64,000 nt of DNA from Synergistales bacterium (GTDB lineage: Bacteria > Synergistota > Synergistia > Synergistales > JAFGMB01): NCBI GenBank assembly GCA_963666205.1, contig OY762654.1, positions 1,856,001 through 1,920,000 of the forward strand, read 5' to 3'. This document shows positions 1-9,402 of the stretch, piece by piece. Below the pieces are notes generated by a model. It was not told where the DNA came from and made no database searches. It worked only from the letters and a program-made list of their open reading frames with translations. The position numbers and the translations under genes were made by a program. How positions within the stretch are numbered: position 1 is the first letter of the stretch; each line of letters begins with the position of its first letter.

Positions 1-389
1 CTTTCCGATACAACATTTTCTGCAAAAACTGCTTGATCGTCCTTCCAGGCGAGCTTCGACAACTATTTTTGCCAAGAAAGCTATAGATTTGACTTGATGT
101 TTTTAGGTAATATAATAAAGCGATAAAGAGCTATTTACTCCTGATATCGATATTTCAACCGTATTTTAAAAACGATAATTGTTCTTTCCCTTTACTATTG
201 AAGCTAGAACCAATTCTTCCATAAACCTTCAGTTGTCAATCAATTCAAACCTGAGTATTCAGGTCGATCCTTCACCTCTTTTCATGAGAATATGCTCTTT
301 TCCCGGATCTAAAACAGTGATGTGGAACAATATCTGTCATCTTAGACAGGTCAGTATAGGCGATGTCACATGTCCAGGAGGGAAATATC

Positions 390-794
390 ATGGGTATACT
401 CAAGGAATTCAGGGAATTTGCAGTAAAAGGAAATGTTGTCGATATGGCTGTTGGTATCATCATTGGTTCAGCCTTTGGAAAGATCGTTTCATCTTTTGTA
501 GGTGATGTGATCATGCCTCCGATGGGAGTAATTCTGGGCGGAGTCGATTTTTCCAATCTGGCTTTTACTATCCAGGAGGCAGTTGGAGAGACGCCTGCTG
601 TCGTGATTGCTTATGGCAGATTCATTCAGACACTTATCGATTTTACTATCATTGCAATGGCGATCTTCATTGCAGTCAAGGGAATAAATTCACTCAAGAG
701 GAAGGAAGAAGAAATATCACAGGCTCCGCCGGCACCTTCGACAGAGGAGGTATTGCTTTCTGAAATTCGCGATTTGCTTAAAGAACGGAGGTAA
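390..794 (+). CDS. mscL: Large-conductance mechanosensitive channel
   Basis: [23 protein letters not shown] and [10 protein letters not shown] motifs; GGAGG RBS before ATG 390. Confidence 0.97.
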   Translation: MGILKEFREFAVKGNVVDMAVGIIIGSAFGKIVSSFVGDVIMPPMGVILGGVDFSNLAFTIQEAVGETPAVVIAYGRFIQTLIDFTIIAMAIFIAVKGINSLKRKEEEISQAPPAPSTEEVLLSEIRDLLKERR

Positions 795-896
795 GTCGTA
801 TCCGGCAAAGTTCCAACTTCTGTTCCTGAACAGGACACTTTTACAGAGTCCGGGTACATAACCTTAAGATTAGCTCATAAAGTAAGGGGAAATCAG

Positions 897-1532
897 ATGA
901 ATAAACCCTTTTCAACTGAACAGTTCTTGAATGTATTTAAAAATAACGATTTTTCTTTCTGGTCAATGCAGATCCTTTTATATGTATCAGCTTTGATCAT
1001 AATAATTCTTGCAATTAACAGGAAAAATTATTCTGATAGGGTTATCGGATTGATACTGTCATTTTTCTGGCTATGGATGGGATTTGTTTGTCATTTGATC
1101 AATTTTACTTCATTCAGTACAGCTACCCATATCTTCAGTATTCTTTATCGGGTTCAGGGACTTCTATTTCTTTTTTCGGGTGTTTTCAGAAACAAGCTTT
1201 CCTTTAGATACCGATCAGATATTTATGGAGTTCTGGGCAGTTTCTTTATCTTGTATGCCCTGGCATTCTACCCCCTTTCTGGATATTTCTTCAGGCATCT
1301 TTACTCCGGACCCACTGTCTTTGGAGTTCCTGGACCGATAACGATCTTCACATTCGGGATCCTGTTGTGGTCAGATAAAAAAGTACCTCCATATCTGTTA
1401 GTTATCCCCTTACTCTGGACAGCAGCCGGCTTCAGAGAAGTAATAGACATACATGTCAAGGAAGATTTCGGTTTGGTCATCGCGGGAATATCGGGAGTCA
1501 TTCTATTAATTTACAGGGACAGAAGAAGATAG
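897..1532 (+). CDS. Multi-pass membrane protein (DUF6064-like)
   Basis: PFSTEQFLNVF N-terminus, FGVPGPITIFTFG motif, several hydrophobic segments. Confidence 0.7.
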   Translation: MNKPFSTEQFLNVFKNNDFSFWSMQILLYVSALIIIILAINRKNYSDRVIGLILSFFWLWMGFVCHLINFTSFSTATHIFSILYRVQGLLFLFSGVFRNKLSFRYRSDIYGVLGSFFILYALAFYPLSGYFFRHLYSGPTVFGVPGPITIFTFGILLWSDKKVPPYLLVIPLLWTAAGFREVIDIHVKEDFGLVIAGISGVILLIYRDRRR

Positions 1533-1620
1533 CAGAACATCAGAACGGTAATAGCAGGAAAACATTTGATTTGGAGGGTGTACAGAAATTGGAAAAAGAA
1601 TTAATTAATCATGGAGGAAC

Positions 1621-1977
1621 ATGGGAATGAAAGAACACGAAAAAATAAACTACGTCGAGTTCCCAGCGAAGAATATCGAGGTCGTCAAAAATTTTTTTGC
1701 AACAGCATTCGGGTGGACCTTCGTAGATTATGGTCATGAATATACGGCCTTCTCAAGTCAAGGTATCGATGGCGGTTTTTTCAGATCCGATCTGGCAGCC
1801 GTGACTTCAGGCGGGAGTGCCCTTATCATTTTTTACAGTAAAGATCTTGAGCAGACTCAGGCGAAGATCGAGGATGCTGGTGGTTCGATCATAAAACCCA
1901 TATTTCCTTTTCCAGGTGGACGCCGTTTCCACTTTACCGACCCCAATGGGAACGAGTATGGAGTGTGGTCAGATTGA
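1621..1977 (+). CDS. VOC / glyoxalase-bleomycin resistance family protein
   Basis: KINYVEFPA and FPGGRRFHFTDPNGNE motifs. Confidence 0.9.
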   Translation: MGMKEHEKINYVEFPAKNIEVVKNFFATAFGWTFVDYGHEYTAFSSQGIDGGFFRSDLAAVTSGGSALIIFYSKDLEQTQAKIEDAGGSIIKPIFPFPGGRRFHFTDPNGNEYGVWSD

Positions 1978-2051
1978 AATTGTACCTGATATGGCCAGTC
2001 CAAGGCTCATGTTCTTCAAGCCATGGCAGTTTGAGATATTTGAAGTCATAG

Positions 2052-3080
2052 TCACCTTTCCCTGTGGATGGTCCACATTCTTGCGAGCTCGTCCTCTTCG
2101 CAGCGAATTTCTGTTTCTATGGAGAGCTGCCCTTTCCTTGTAATTGAAATCCCATTACCTTCCCTTGCCTCTCCTGCTCTTGCTGCGGGAATGCCGGCCT
2201 TATCAAGGGCATGCAATGTTATTTCGGTGTTTTCATGCGGCATGGTACATACGAGAGAACCTGAAGAGATCATTTTCAGAGGGTCAAATGAAAAGGCCTG
2301 TGCAAAACGATCCACAATGGGTCGGGAAGGTACAAGATCTGCATCTATTTCCATTAATAATCCGGATAGCCGTGCTATTTCCATGGTGGTTTCCACTATG
2401 CCTCCCCTGGTTACGTCGTGCATCGCTGTGGCTCCATTATCGGCCAGGATCATTGCTCCTTCCACTACACTGACTTCTTTTGCCAGTTTTGAAGCTTCCT
2501 GAATTTCGTTATCTGTAAGGCCAAGGAATTTACCCTCTTCCCTGAAATCAGTGGCAAGAATGGAAGTTCCCTCTATGCCGGCCCCTCCTGTTATGATCAC
2601 CTGGTCACCAGGTCTTGCTCCTCCGGTCTTTACGATCCTGCGTTTCATGGCAGGTGCTATGGCCGTGACTGCGACCACTGGTCTGGAAATACCCGAGGAG
2701 TAGCCCGTGTGTCCGCCTACGATGGTGACCTCTATTTCCGCCGCAGCCTTTGCAGCATCTGACATTATTTCCTTGACAAGCTGATGATCCTCTCTGGAAG
2801 GAACCAGCAGAAGGATCTGGGCCCATCTCGGCCTGATCCCCGAACAGGCTATGTCATTACAGGCTACGTGCATGGCAAGCCAGCCTATACCTGAAACTGC
2901 ACCCACAATGGGATCCACGTGGGAGAGAAGGATATCTCCGCCAACTTCGGTAAGTGCCACATCCTCCCCAAAGGTGGAACCCATGAGCACCGAAGGGTCA
3001 TGATGTTTACTTCTGGTGTAGGGATAAACGCACTCCTGCAGAACTTCAAAGGGAAATTTCGACACCTTTACCACCCTCAT
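2052..3080 (-). CDS. AIR synthase-related (HypE/ThiL/PurM fold) protein
   Basis: HVACNDIA, IVGGHT and AMHDVTRGG motifs; start may be a few codons downstream. Confidence 0.88.
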   Translation of the reverse strand: MRVVKVSKFPFEVLQECVYPYTRSKHHDPSVLMGSTFGEDVALTEVGGDILLSHVDPIVGAVSGIGWLAMHVACNDIACSGIRPRWAQILLLVPSREDHQLVKEIMSDAAKAAAEIEVTIVGGHTGYSSGISRPVVAVTAIAPAMKRRIVKTGGARPGDQVIITGGAGIEGTSILATDFREEGKFLGLTDNEIQEASKLAKEVSVVEGAMILADNGATAMHDVTRGGIVETTMEIARLSGLLMEIDADLVPSRPIVDRFAQAFSFDPLKMISSGSLVCTMPHENTEITLHALDKAGIPAARAGEAREGNGISITRKGQLSIETEIRCEEDELARMWTIHRER

Positions 3081-3303
3081 CCCTGAAAGAATTACCTATA
3101 TTGAATACCTGGGAGGTGCTGGGGTAAAGGTCCAGAAATGCAGTATTCGTCGATCTTTCTGGTTTTATGGCTCATGCTTCCATCGTGTAGGGAGCTGACA
3201 AACGGCAATCTGAAATTGATATGGGGTAAATCAGGCCCTTTTATGTGGGATGTTTGTTATCAGTAGGGAATCGATAAATTGTGAAAGGATGGACAGGCTG
3301 GTC

Positions 3304-4521
3304 TTATTTTCTGTGAAAAGGAGTGAAAAGCCTTCTTTGAACATGATCGGATCCATCATAGGGAACTACCTTGTTTCTTCCCTCTCTCTTGGCCTGATAT
3401 AGTGCTGTATCCGCCTCCCTCATTATCAGGTCAAAGGTTTTGTCCCTTCCGTCCGTTGAAGTAATGCCGATACTGATAGTAAAGTTAATGGAATATCCTT
3501 CATAATTGAAGTTCATTCCTTCGATCATCGATCTTAGCCTTTCCGCCACTTTGAAGGCCTCTTCTTTACCGGTGTTGGGAAGGAGGATGGTGAATTCCTC
3601 CCCGCCGATACGCCCGGCCAGATCAGTGGGTCTAACAGACTTGCTTAAAATACTGGCAAAATCGTGGAGCGCTTTATCGCCGGCGGCATGCCCGTAACTA
3701 TCGTTGATCTCCTTGAAATGATCGATATCCAGAAGAAGTACAGAAAGGATACTATTGTCCCTTCTTGCTCCTGCCATGGCTTTACCGGCTAATGTCGAGA
3801 GGGCCCTTGTGTTGAACAATTCCGTGAGATGGTCTATCTCAGAAAGTTGCCTGAGCTTTTCAACAAGGCGAACCGAGATAAGGAAGATGTATCCCAGGGT
3901 CATGGCAAAAATGAAGATTATGAGTTCGAAAAATAATATCTTTGCCATTCCTCCACCCTGAAAAAAGGGCATCTCAGGGGATGCAAAGATCAGAAGGAAG
4001 GAACGGAGGAGATTAAACAGGCCATGAAGGAAAAAGGTCACCGAAAAAGCCAGGAATGGTATGGACCTGCTTGTCAGTTTCTGTGACGTTTCCCAGGATA
4101 TAAGGAAACTCAGGGCTGCTGTGGCCACCGCGCTAAGGGATGCACGGCTGATAAGGCTGAAGAAAGAGTAGGAAAAATATCCTTCATACAGAATATACAG
4201 GAATATGAACAGAATAAAGGGCTTATGTGAAGGAAGTGTTTTACCCATATATGATCGAATACCGAGATAGATCAGGTAATATCCACATAAAATAAGGGTA
4301 TTGGCAATGATTATTGAAAGAAAGACAGTAAGATAAGGTCTTAATATGAGGAGAAAAAATCCTGATGCCAGAGCAAGATTTCCAGCAGCCCAGAGAGGGA
4401 TCCCCGGAACTGATGGATTCCAGATAAGAAGTACCATATGAGAAAAAATTACAATGCTTACCAGAATACTATTTACGTAAACGAGGGTATTCAGGTCAAG
4501 GCTTTCAAAGAAATCCAGCAA
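3304..4521 (-). CDS. Membrane-bound diguanylate cyclase
   Basis: N-terminal TM helices; DIDHFKEINDSYGH, RxxD I-site (RPTD) and GGEEF. Confidence 0.93.
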   Translation of the reverse strand: MLDFFESLDLNTLVYVNSILVSIVIFSHMVLLIWNPSVPGIPLWAAGNLALASGFFLLILRPYLTVFLSIIIANTLILCGYYLIYLGIRSYMGKTLPSHKPFILFIFLYILYEGYFSYSFFSLISRASLSAVATAALSFLISWETSQKLTSRSIPFLAFSVTFFLHGLFNLLRSFLLIFASPEMPFFQGGGMAKILFFELIIFIFAMTLGYIFLISVRLVEKLRQLSEIDHLTELFNTRALSTLAGKAMAGARRDNSILSVLLLDIDHFKEINDSYGHAAGDKALHDFASILSKSVRPTDLAGRIGGEEFTILLPNTGKEEAFKVAERLRSMIEGMNFNYEGYSINFTISIGITSTDGRDKTFDLIMREADTALYQAKREGRNKVVPYDGSDHVQRRLFTPFHRK

Positions 4522-4793
4522 TTATTTTTTAACCTTTCGAGTTATTTGGGGAAAATTCTGTCATTTTATATTCCGAAACCATATCTTTGAAGTCATAATG
4601 TGTCAAGGAGTCTACGGTGATGGTTTATTGAAATAACGTAAGCATTCAGAATCGAAGAAAATCATCAGATCGTCCATGGGTTAAGATAATTGAGATATAC
4701 CTTCTTTAAATGAAAGGATCTGAGAATCATGGAAGAATCCCTTCGTCAGAGAAAAGAGCGAGTCCTCTGGGACAAACTGGTTTTTCCACGATT

Positions 4794-4835
4794 TTGACAT
4801 AGGTCAAGGAAAGCATAGCAGTTATTTGACATTAT
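4794..4835 (+). promoter_or_regulatory. Crp/Fnr-family box TTGAC-N4-GTCAA with downstream extended -10
   Basis: Palindrome 4794-4807; TGaCATTAT at 4827-4835. Confidence 0.6.
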
Positions 4836-4888
4836 ATGCATGAAACAGGAAGAGCAGTTTATTCCTGTTGTATGAGGGAGGCAGAGAT

Positions 4889-5233
4889 ATGATAACCAGG
4901 AAACTTTCAGAAATGGCAATAATGGATAACGCCCACGGAGTGGATGCCAGGAACCTTTACAACACTGAAAATGCCGTGGTAACAGTGATCACCCTGGAAC
5001 CCGGCCAGTCTCTAAAAAAACATATGACACCTGTAGATGTTGTATTCTACGTACTTGAAGGTGCAGGGGTGGTGGAGATAGGGGAGGAGAAACAGAAAGT
5101 TCAGAGAGATACCCTTATCGAAAGTCCTAAAGATGTTCTTCACTGCTGGTACAACGAAAGCACCGAACCTCTCAGGTTTATGGTCATCAAGGCACCCAGG
5201 CCGGCAAGGGAAACAGTCTTTGTGGCAAATTAA
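4889..5233 (+). CDS. Cupin domain protein
   Basis: LEPGQSLKKH, FYVLEGAG and PKDVLH motifs; GGAGG RBS before ATG 4889. Confidence 0.9.
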   Translation: MITRKLSEMAIMDNAHGVDARNLYNTENAVVTVITLEPGQSLKKHMTPVDVVFYVLEGAGVVEIGEEKQKVQRDTLIESPKDVLHCWYNESTEPLRFMVIKAPRPARETVFVAN

Positions 5234-5250
5234 AGATACAGGTTGCAATC

Positions 5251-5278
5251 AGCGGCTCCGAAAGGGGCCGCTTTTTTT
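5251..5278 (+). terminator. Rho-independent terminator
   Basis: agcggctcc-gaaa-ggggccgct followed by T run. Confidence 0.9.
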
Positions 5279-5306
5279 GATACAAACTCCAGTCAATAAA
5301 TCTTCT

Positions 5307-5546
5307 TAACCACGAATATTTTCTATTGGTTTAATCGAAAATTTAAAATCTAAAATCCAAAACCGGCTCACCACGGAGGTAAATCTGAGGAACACGGAAT
5401 GGATCTTTTAAAATGTGTAAACCCAAGACCTGAAGGCAAACCCCAAAACAAAGCTAACCTCAGAGGGCGCAGAAGAAATCAGTGTTACGGGATTAATCGA
5501 AAACCTGAAAGCGTCTCACCACTGAGGTCACGGAGGGTCGCAGAGA
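5307..5546. repeat. Cluster of dispersed palindromic-type repeats ((T)CACCACGGAG / AACCxCAGAG units, AAAATCy heptamers)
   Basis: Units recur, mostly inverted, at 7656-7899 and 9301-9346. Confidence 0.7.
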
Positions 5547-5803
5547 AGATCTTTTGATTTTGTCATAAAACTTGAATGATTATTTTTCATAATAAAGTAT
5601 TCAAAACTGAATTAACTTGACACAAATGAAACAGTAGTCATAATCAAAATAATTTTATCCACCTTTAACTATCTTGAGAGATTCATTCCTTACATTGTCC
5701 ATAGCCCTCCCCCTGTTAAAGGTTGATCAGTTCTACAGTTCTTTCCATTTGAGATTTTTCCATTGTTAATTCAATTCTATTTTCCAGAGGAGGTTGTTCA
5801 CAC

Positions 5804-7558
5804 ATGAAGACATCTTGCAAACGTTTCTCTGTCCGTTCTTTTCAGTTATTTTTCATCATGTTTTTGGTTTTATCCTTCTGTTTTATCTGTCAGCCCGGTT
5901 CAGCTGAAACAATTGTGGTTACGAATACCAGTGATGACGTATCTGTGAAGGGATGTCTGCGCTATGCCATAGAGAGCGCAGATATCGGGGATATCATTGA
6001 CTTTGAACTTGATTATCCGGCTACCATAACACTTTCACGTGAACTGGTTATATCGAAGGATATTACAATCCAGGGACCTGGGGCCGAGGACCTTTTCATA
6101 AGCGGTAATAACACCTGTAGGGTTTTTTATATTGATCCATCTGCCATGGACATAACCGTGACCATCACGGACCTTTCAATAGTGAGCGGAGATGCAGGTA
6201 CTGATCTTGGCGGAGGCATACTAAATAAGTCGGATAACCTCACCTTGACTAACTGTACCTTCAGCGGAAATAACGCATATCGAGGAGGTGGAATGAATAA
6301 CCGTTATTCCAGTCCCACAATATCGAACTGCACCTTCAGCGGGAATACCTCCGAATATGTACAAGGGGTCTGGGATTATGGTGGAGGTGGAATGTGCAAC
6401 GACACTTCCAGCCCCACAGTGACGAACTGTACTTTCATCGGCAATACCGCTGCTCTTTACGGTGGTGGGATGATGAATGGGAACAATTCCAGGCCTACCC
6501 TGTACAATTGTACTTTCAGCGGGAATAGGTCAGATGCCAATGGTGGGGGGATGCACAACTTCGCTTCCAGTCCCACAATATCAAACTGCACCTTCATCGG
6601 GAATAATGCGATATCGCTAAGTGGTGGAATGGATAACTACGGTTCCAGTCCTACTCTATATGGCTGTACCTTCATCGGGAATACTGCGTCAAGTGCAGGC
6701 GGAGTTTTTAATAGAGAGAATTCTTGCCCTACACTGTACAATTGTACTTTTCATTTCAACAGTGCAGGATCTGGTGGCGCTATGAGAAATTCCGATTCCT
6801 CCAACCCAATTCTGTATAATTGTACCTTCAGTGATAATATTGCAAACAAACACGGTAGCGGGATATATAATGATGCTTCCAGCCCCAGTTTGACCAACTG
6901 CATATTCTGGGATGAAGGCGATGAGATATATAACGTTACAGTTAGTTGGGTTGACCCAAGCACACCTATCGTAAACTACTGTATCGTCCGGAGCGATGAT
7001 GTCGGTATTGGTACAATTTCCAGTGATATTACCTCGGCAGATCCATTTCTGGAACCCCTGGCTGACAACGGAGGTCCCACATGGACCTGTGCACTGGGTG
7101 AGGGAAGTCCTGCCATTGATGGAGGTATTACCATTACAGAGGTCAGCACAGACCAGCGTGGAGCGCCAAGACCCCAGGGAGCAAGTTTCGATATTGGCGC
7201 TTATGAATCCGGGGTTGGTTTCTATGAAATAACTGCTACGTGGTCGAATGGAGGGTCTATTTCTCCTGACCATGCTATTGCCCTGGCAGGGATCGAGGAT
7301 GAGGTTTTCACCCTTCTGCCGGATGAAGGGTACGTCATCGAAGCAGTCTATGTAGATGATGCCGTTGTTTCATATGATGAGAGCAGCAATACTATCACCT
7401 TATTCGATGTTTCGGCATCCCATGACATATACGCAAGTTTCATGCTGGATGAACAGGATGATGGAGAGGGAGGCGGAGGCTGCTGCATCTCTACCATCCC
7501 TGTGGTAGGATTGTTACTCATGATCCCAATGTTGTTCCTTGCAGGGAAGATTCGATAA
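5804..7558 (+). CDS. Surface protein with parallel beta-helix repeats, choice-of-anchor Q-like region and Synergist-CTERM-like tail
   Basis: Signal peptide; 8-9 S.PT..NCTF.GN..GGGM repeats; LADNGGPT...SPAIDGG...DQRG...DIGAYE; C-terminal GGGGC + TM + K/R. Confidence 0.9.
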   Translation: MKTSCKRFSVRSFQLFFIMFLVLSFCFICQPGSAETIVVTNTSDDVSVKGCLRYAIESADIGDIIDFELDYPATITLSRELVISKDITIQGPGAEDLFISGNNTCRVFYIDPSAMDITVTITDLSIVSGDAGTDLGGGILNKSDNLTLTNCTFSGNNAYRGGGMNNRYSSPTISNCTFSGNTSEYVQGVWDYGGGGMCNDTSSPTVTNCTFIGNTAALYGGGMMNGNNSRPTLYNCTFSGNRSDANGGGMHNFASSPTISNCTFIGNNAISLSGGMDNYGSSPTLYGCTFIGNTASSAGGVFNRENSCPTLYNCTFHFNSAGSGGAMRNSDSSNPILYNCTFSDNIANKHGSGIYNDASSPSLTNCIFWDEGDEIYNVTVSWVDPSTPIVNYCIVRSDDVGIGTISSDITSADPFLEPLADNGGPTWTCALGEGSPAIDGGITITEVSTDQRGAPRPQGASFDIGAYESGVGFYEITATWSNGGSISPDHAIALAGIEDEVFTLLPDEGYVIEAVYVDDAVVSYDESSNTITLFDVSASHDIYASFMLDEQDDGEGGGGCCISTIPVVGLLLMIPMLFLAGKIR

Positions 7559-7594
7559 ATTAAGCTGAAGTTTGAGCAAATAGCGCGTATATCC

Positions 7595-7629
7595 AAAGAC
7601 CCCGACACTTAGATGTCGGGGTCTTTTTT
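7595..7629 (+). terminator. Rho-independent terminator
   Basis: aaagaccccgaca / tgtcggggtcttt followed by T run. Confidence 0.9.
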
Positions 7630-7655
7630 ATTTGGGGAACAGTCTAAAAGCTTGT

Positions 7656-7844
7656 TCACCACGGAGAGCACGGAGGAGGAACTCTGAGGAAGTCCCTGCG
7701 GTTGATCGATTTTAGATTGCCGATTTTGGATTTTTGATTAATCCAATAGAAAACCTCTGCGGTTAGCTTCAGGTCTAAGGGTTTTGGATTGATACAAAGG
7801 AAGAAGGTTTCCTCAGAGCTATTCCTCCGTGTACTCTGTGGTGA
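7656..7844. repeat. MITE/REP-like element bounded by 36-bp imperfect inverted repeats
   Basis: 7656-7691 matches the reverse complement of 7809-7844 at 30/36. Confidence 0.7.
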
Positions 7845-8092
7845 TAGAAAGGTTTTGATCTAAGGTTTCTACACCTTTATCATCTCTGCAGTGAGCTGGT
7901 AAATTCCCCTCCACGCCAAACCCCTCATCTTTCAAAAGTGCTATCATGTCTTTATTCAGCAGGAGGAATGATCATCTTTCTGCTCAGGTCAGAGAACAGG
8001 GTCAGGTATTTCCAGATCTGCTTTAATGTTTTTCTGATCCTTATCGGTACCTTGATGCTTCTTACTTTCTGCCCACAGGAGGGATAAAGGAT

Positions 8093-8950
8093 ATGAAGAA
8101 AAGGAAACTGAGAGAATTAATGAACAAGCCGGGAATTATAGTGGCACCAGGAGTCTGTGATGCTATCGGTGCACGCCTGGTTGAGAAAGTGGGATTCGAT
8201 GTCTGCTATATGACTGGCAATGGCGCCATGGCAAGCATGCTGGGGAAACCTGACATTGGTTTGGGAACCATGACTGAAATGGTCCAGAGAGCCCATAACC
8301 TGGCGTCGTGTATCAGAATCCCCCTGATCAGCGATGCGGATACCGGATACGGGGGTCTGAATAACGTAAAGCGGATGGTGGAAGAGTTTGAGGCAGCGGG
8401 AGTATCGGCCATTCATATAGAAGACCAGGCATCACCCAAAAAGTGTGGTGCCATGGAAGGGTTAAAGCTGGTTTCCATCGAAGAGATGTCCGAGAAGATC
8501 AGGATCGCCGTAAAATCCCGTAAAGATCAAGATTTCCTTATCATTGCAAGAAGCGATTCGAGGAAAGTCCTTGGTTTCGAAGAATCCTTAAGGCGGGCAA
8601 AAGCCTTTGCCGAAGCAGGAGCAGATGTGGTTTACGTCGAAATGCTCGAAAGCAGGGAAGAGATCCTCAAGTTGACAACCAGTGTGGATGCTCCTGTCCT
8701 ATACGATATGCTTGAGATGTCCCCGGACAATATCTATTCGAACCAGGAGCTTCAGGATCTCGGCGTGAAGATCGTCATTTATTGCCTTTCCACAACTCTC
8801 TATGCTGCGAATAAGGTGAAAGAGATGCTTGAAGTGCTCAAACAGACAGGAACGACAAGATCACTCTTTGATCAAATGATGCCCCTTCACGATTATGAGA
8901 AGGTGATCGGATTGACCGAGGAGAACAATATCCGACAACTTCTTGAGTAA
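8093..8950 (+). CDS. Isocitrate lyase/PEP mutase superfamily lyase (PrpB/dimethylmalate lyase-like)
   Basis: DADTGYG, HIEDQ..PKKCG and IIARSD motifs. Confidence 0.9.
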   Translation: MKKRKLRELMNKPGIIVAPGVCDAIGARLVEKVGFDVCYMTGNGAMASMLGKPDIGLGTMTEMVQRAHNLASCIRIPLISDADTGYGGLNNVKRMVEEFEAAGVSAIHIEDQASPKKCGAMEGLKLVSIEEMSEKIRIAVKSRKDQDFLIIARSDSRKVLGFEESLRRAKAFAEAGADVVYVEMLESREEILKLTTSVDAPVLYDMLEMSPDNIYSNQELQDLGVKIVIYCLSTTLYAANKVKEMLEVLKQTGTTRSLFDQMMPLHDYEKVIGLTEENNIRQLLE

Positions 8951-8993
8951 AGGTGTCACTTCTTGTGTTTCCGATAGATATTGACAAAGTATG

Positions 8994-9031
8994 GAGGGGC
9001 CAGGCTCTGCAGAGCGTGACCCCTCTTTTTT
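8994..9031 (+). terminator. Terminator hairpin (REP-like sequence)
   Basis: gaggggccaggctctgcagagcgtgacccctc followed by T run. Confidence 0.75.
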
Positions 9032-9300
9032 CAATGGATATTTTCTGAGCCTGTTTGTTTAATGAGCGCAGGACTATCCTGAATTGGCGCTTTCCCTCTT
9101 CGTTCCCCGCTCAAATGATTTTAAGGACTTAAGATCTGCTCTTGAAAACCCGGGACATTAAGGAAAATGATGAAATCCTTTTCCAGGTAATGGAAAAATT
9201 CACAGGAAAGATTGCCAAAGTTTTCAGGTGGATTTGTTCCATTACAGTAAGGACAAAACAGGTCTTCTTTTGGCCGTATGTTCCGGGTTAATGGGCTAAC

Positions 9301-9346
9301 GTTCTCCTCTGCCTACTCTGCGCAACCTCTCCGTCCTCTGCGGTAA
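9301..9346 (-). repeat. Member of the ACCGCAGAG-type repeat family
   Basis: Reverse complement reads ttaccgcagaggacggagaggttgcgcagagtaggcagaggagaac. Confidence 0.6.
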
Positions 9347-9402
9347 ATCGATTTTTGATTTTTTCAGCTTTTTCTTTAAGGTCACTGTGGTTAGCGTTTA
9401 TA

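Noticed and set aside
1-120. Gene fragment at window start
   Set aside because: Short open frames with no recognisable motif or RBS
5307-5546. Possible CRISPR array
   Set aside because: Units are degenerate and irregularly spaced, and no cas genes are present
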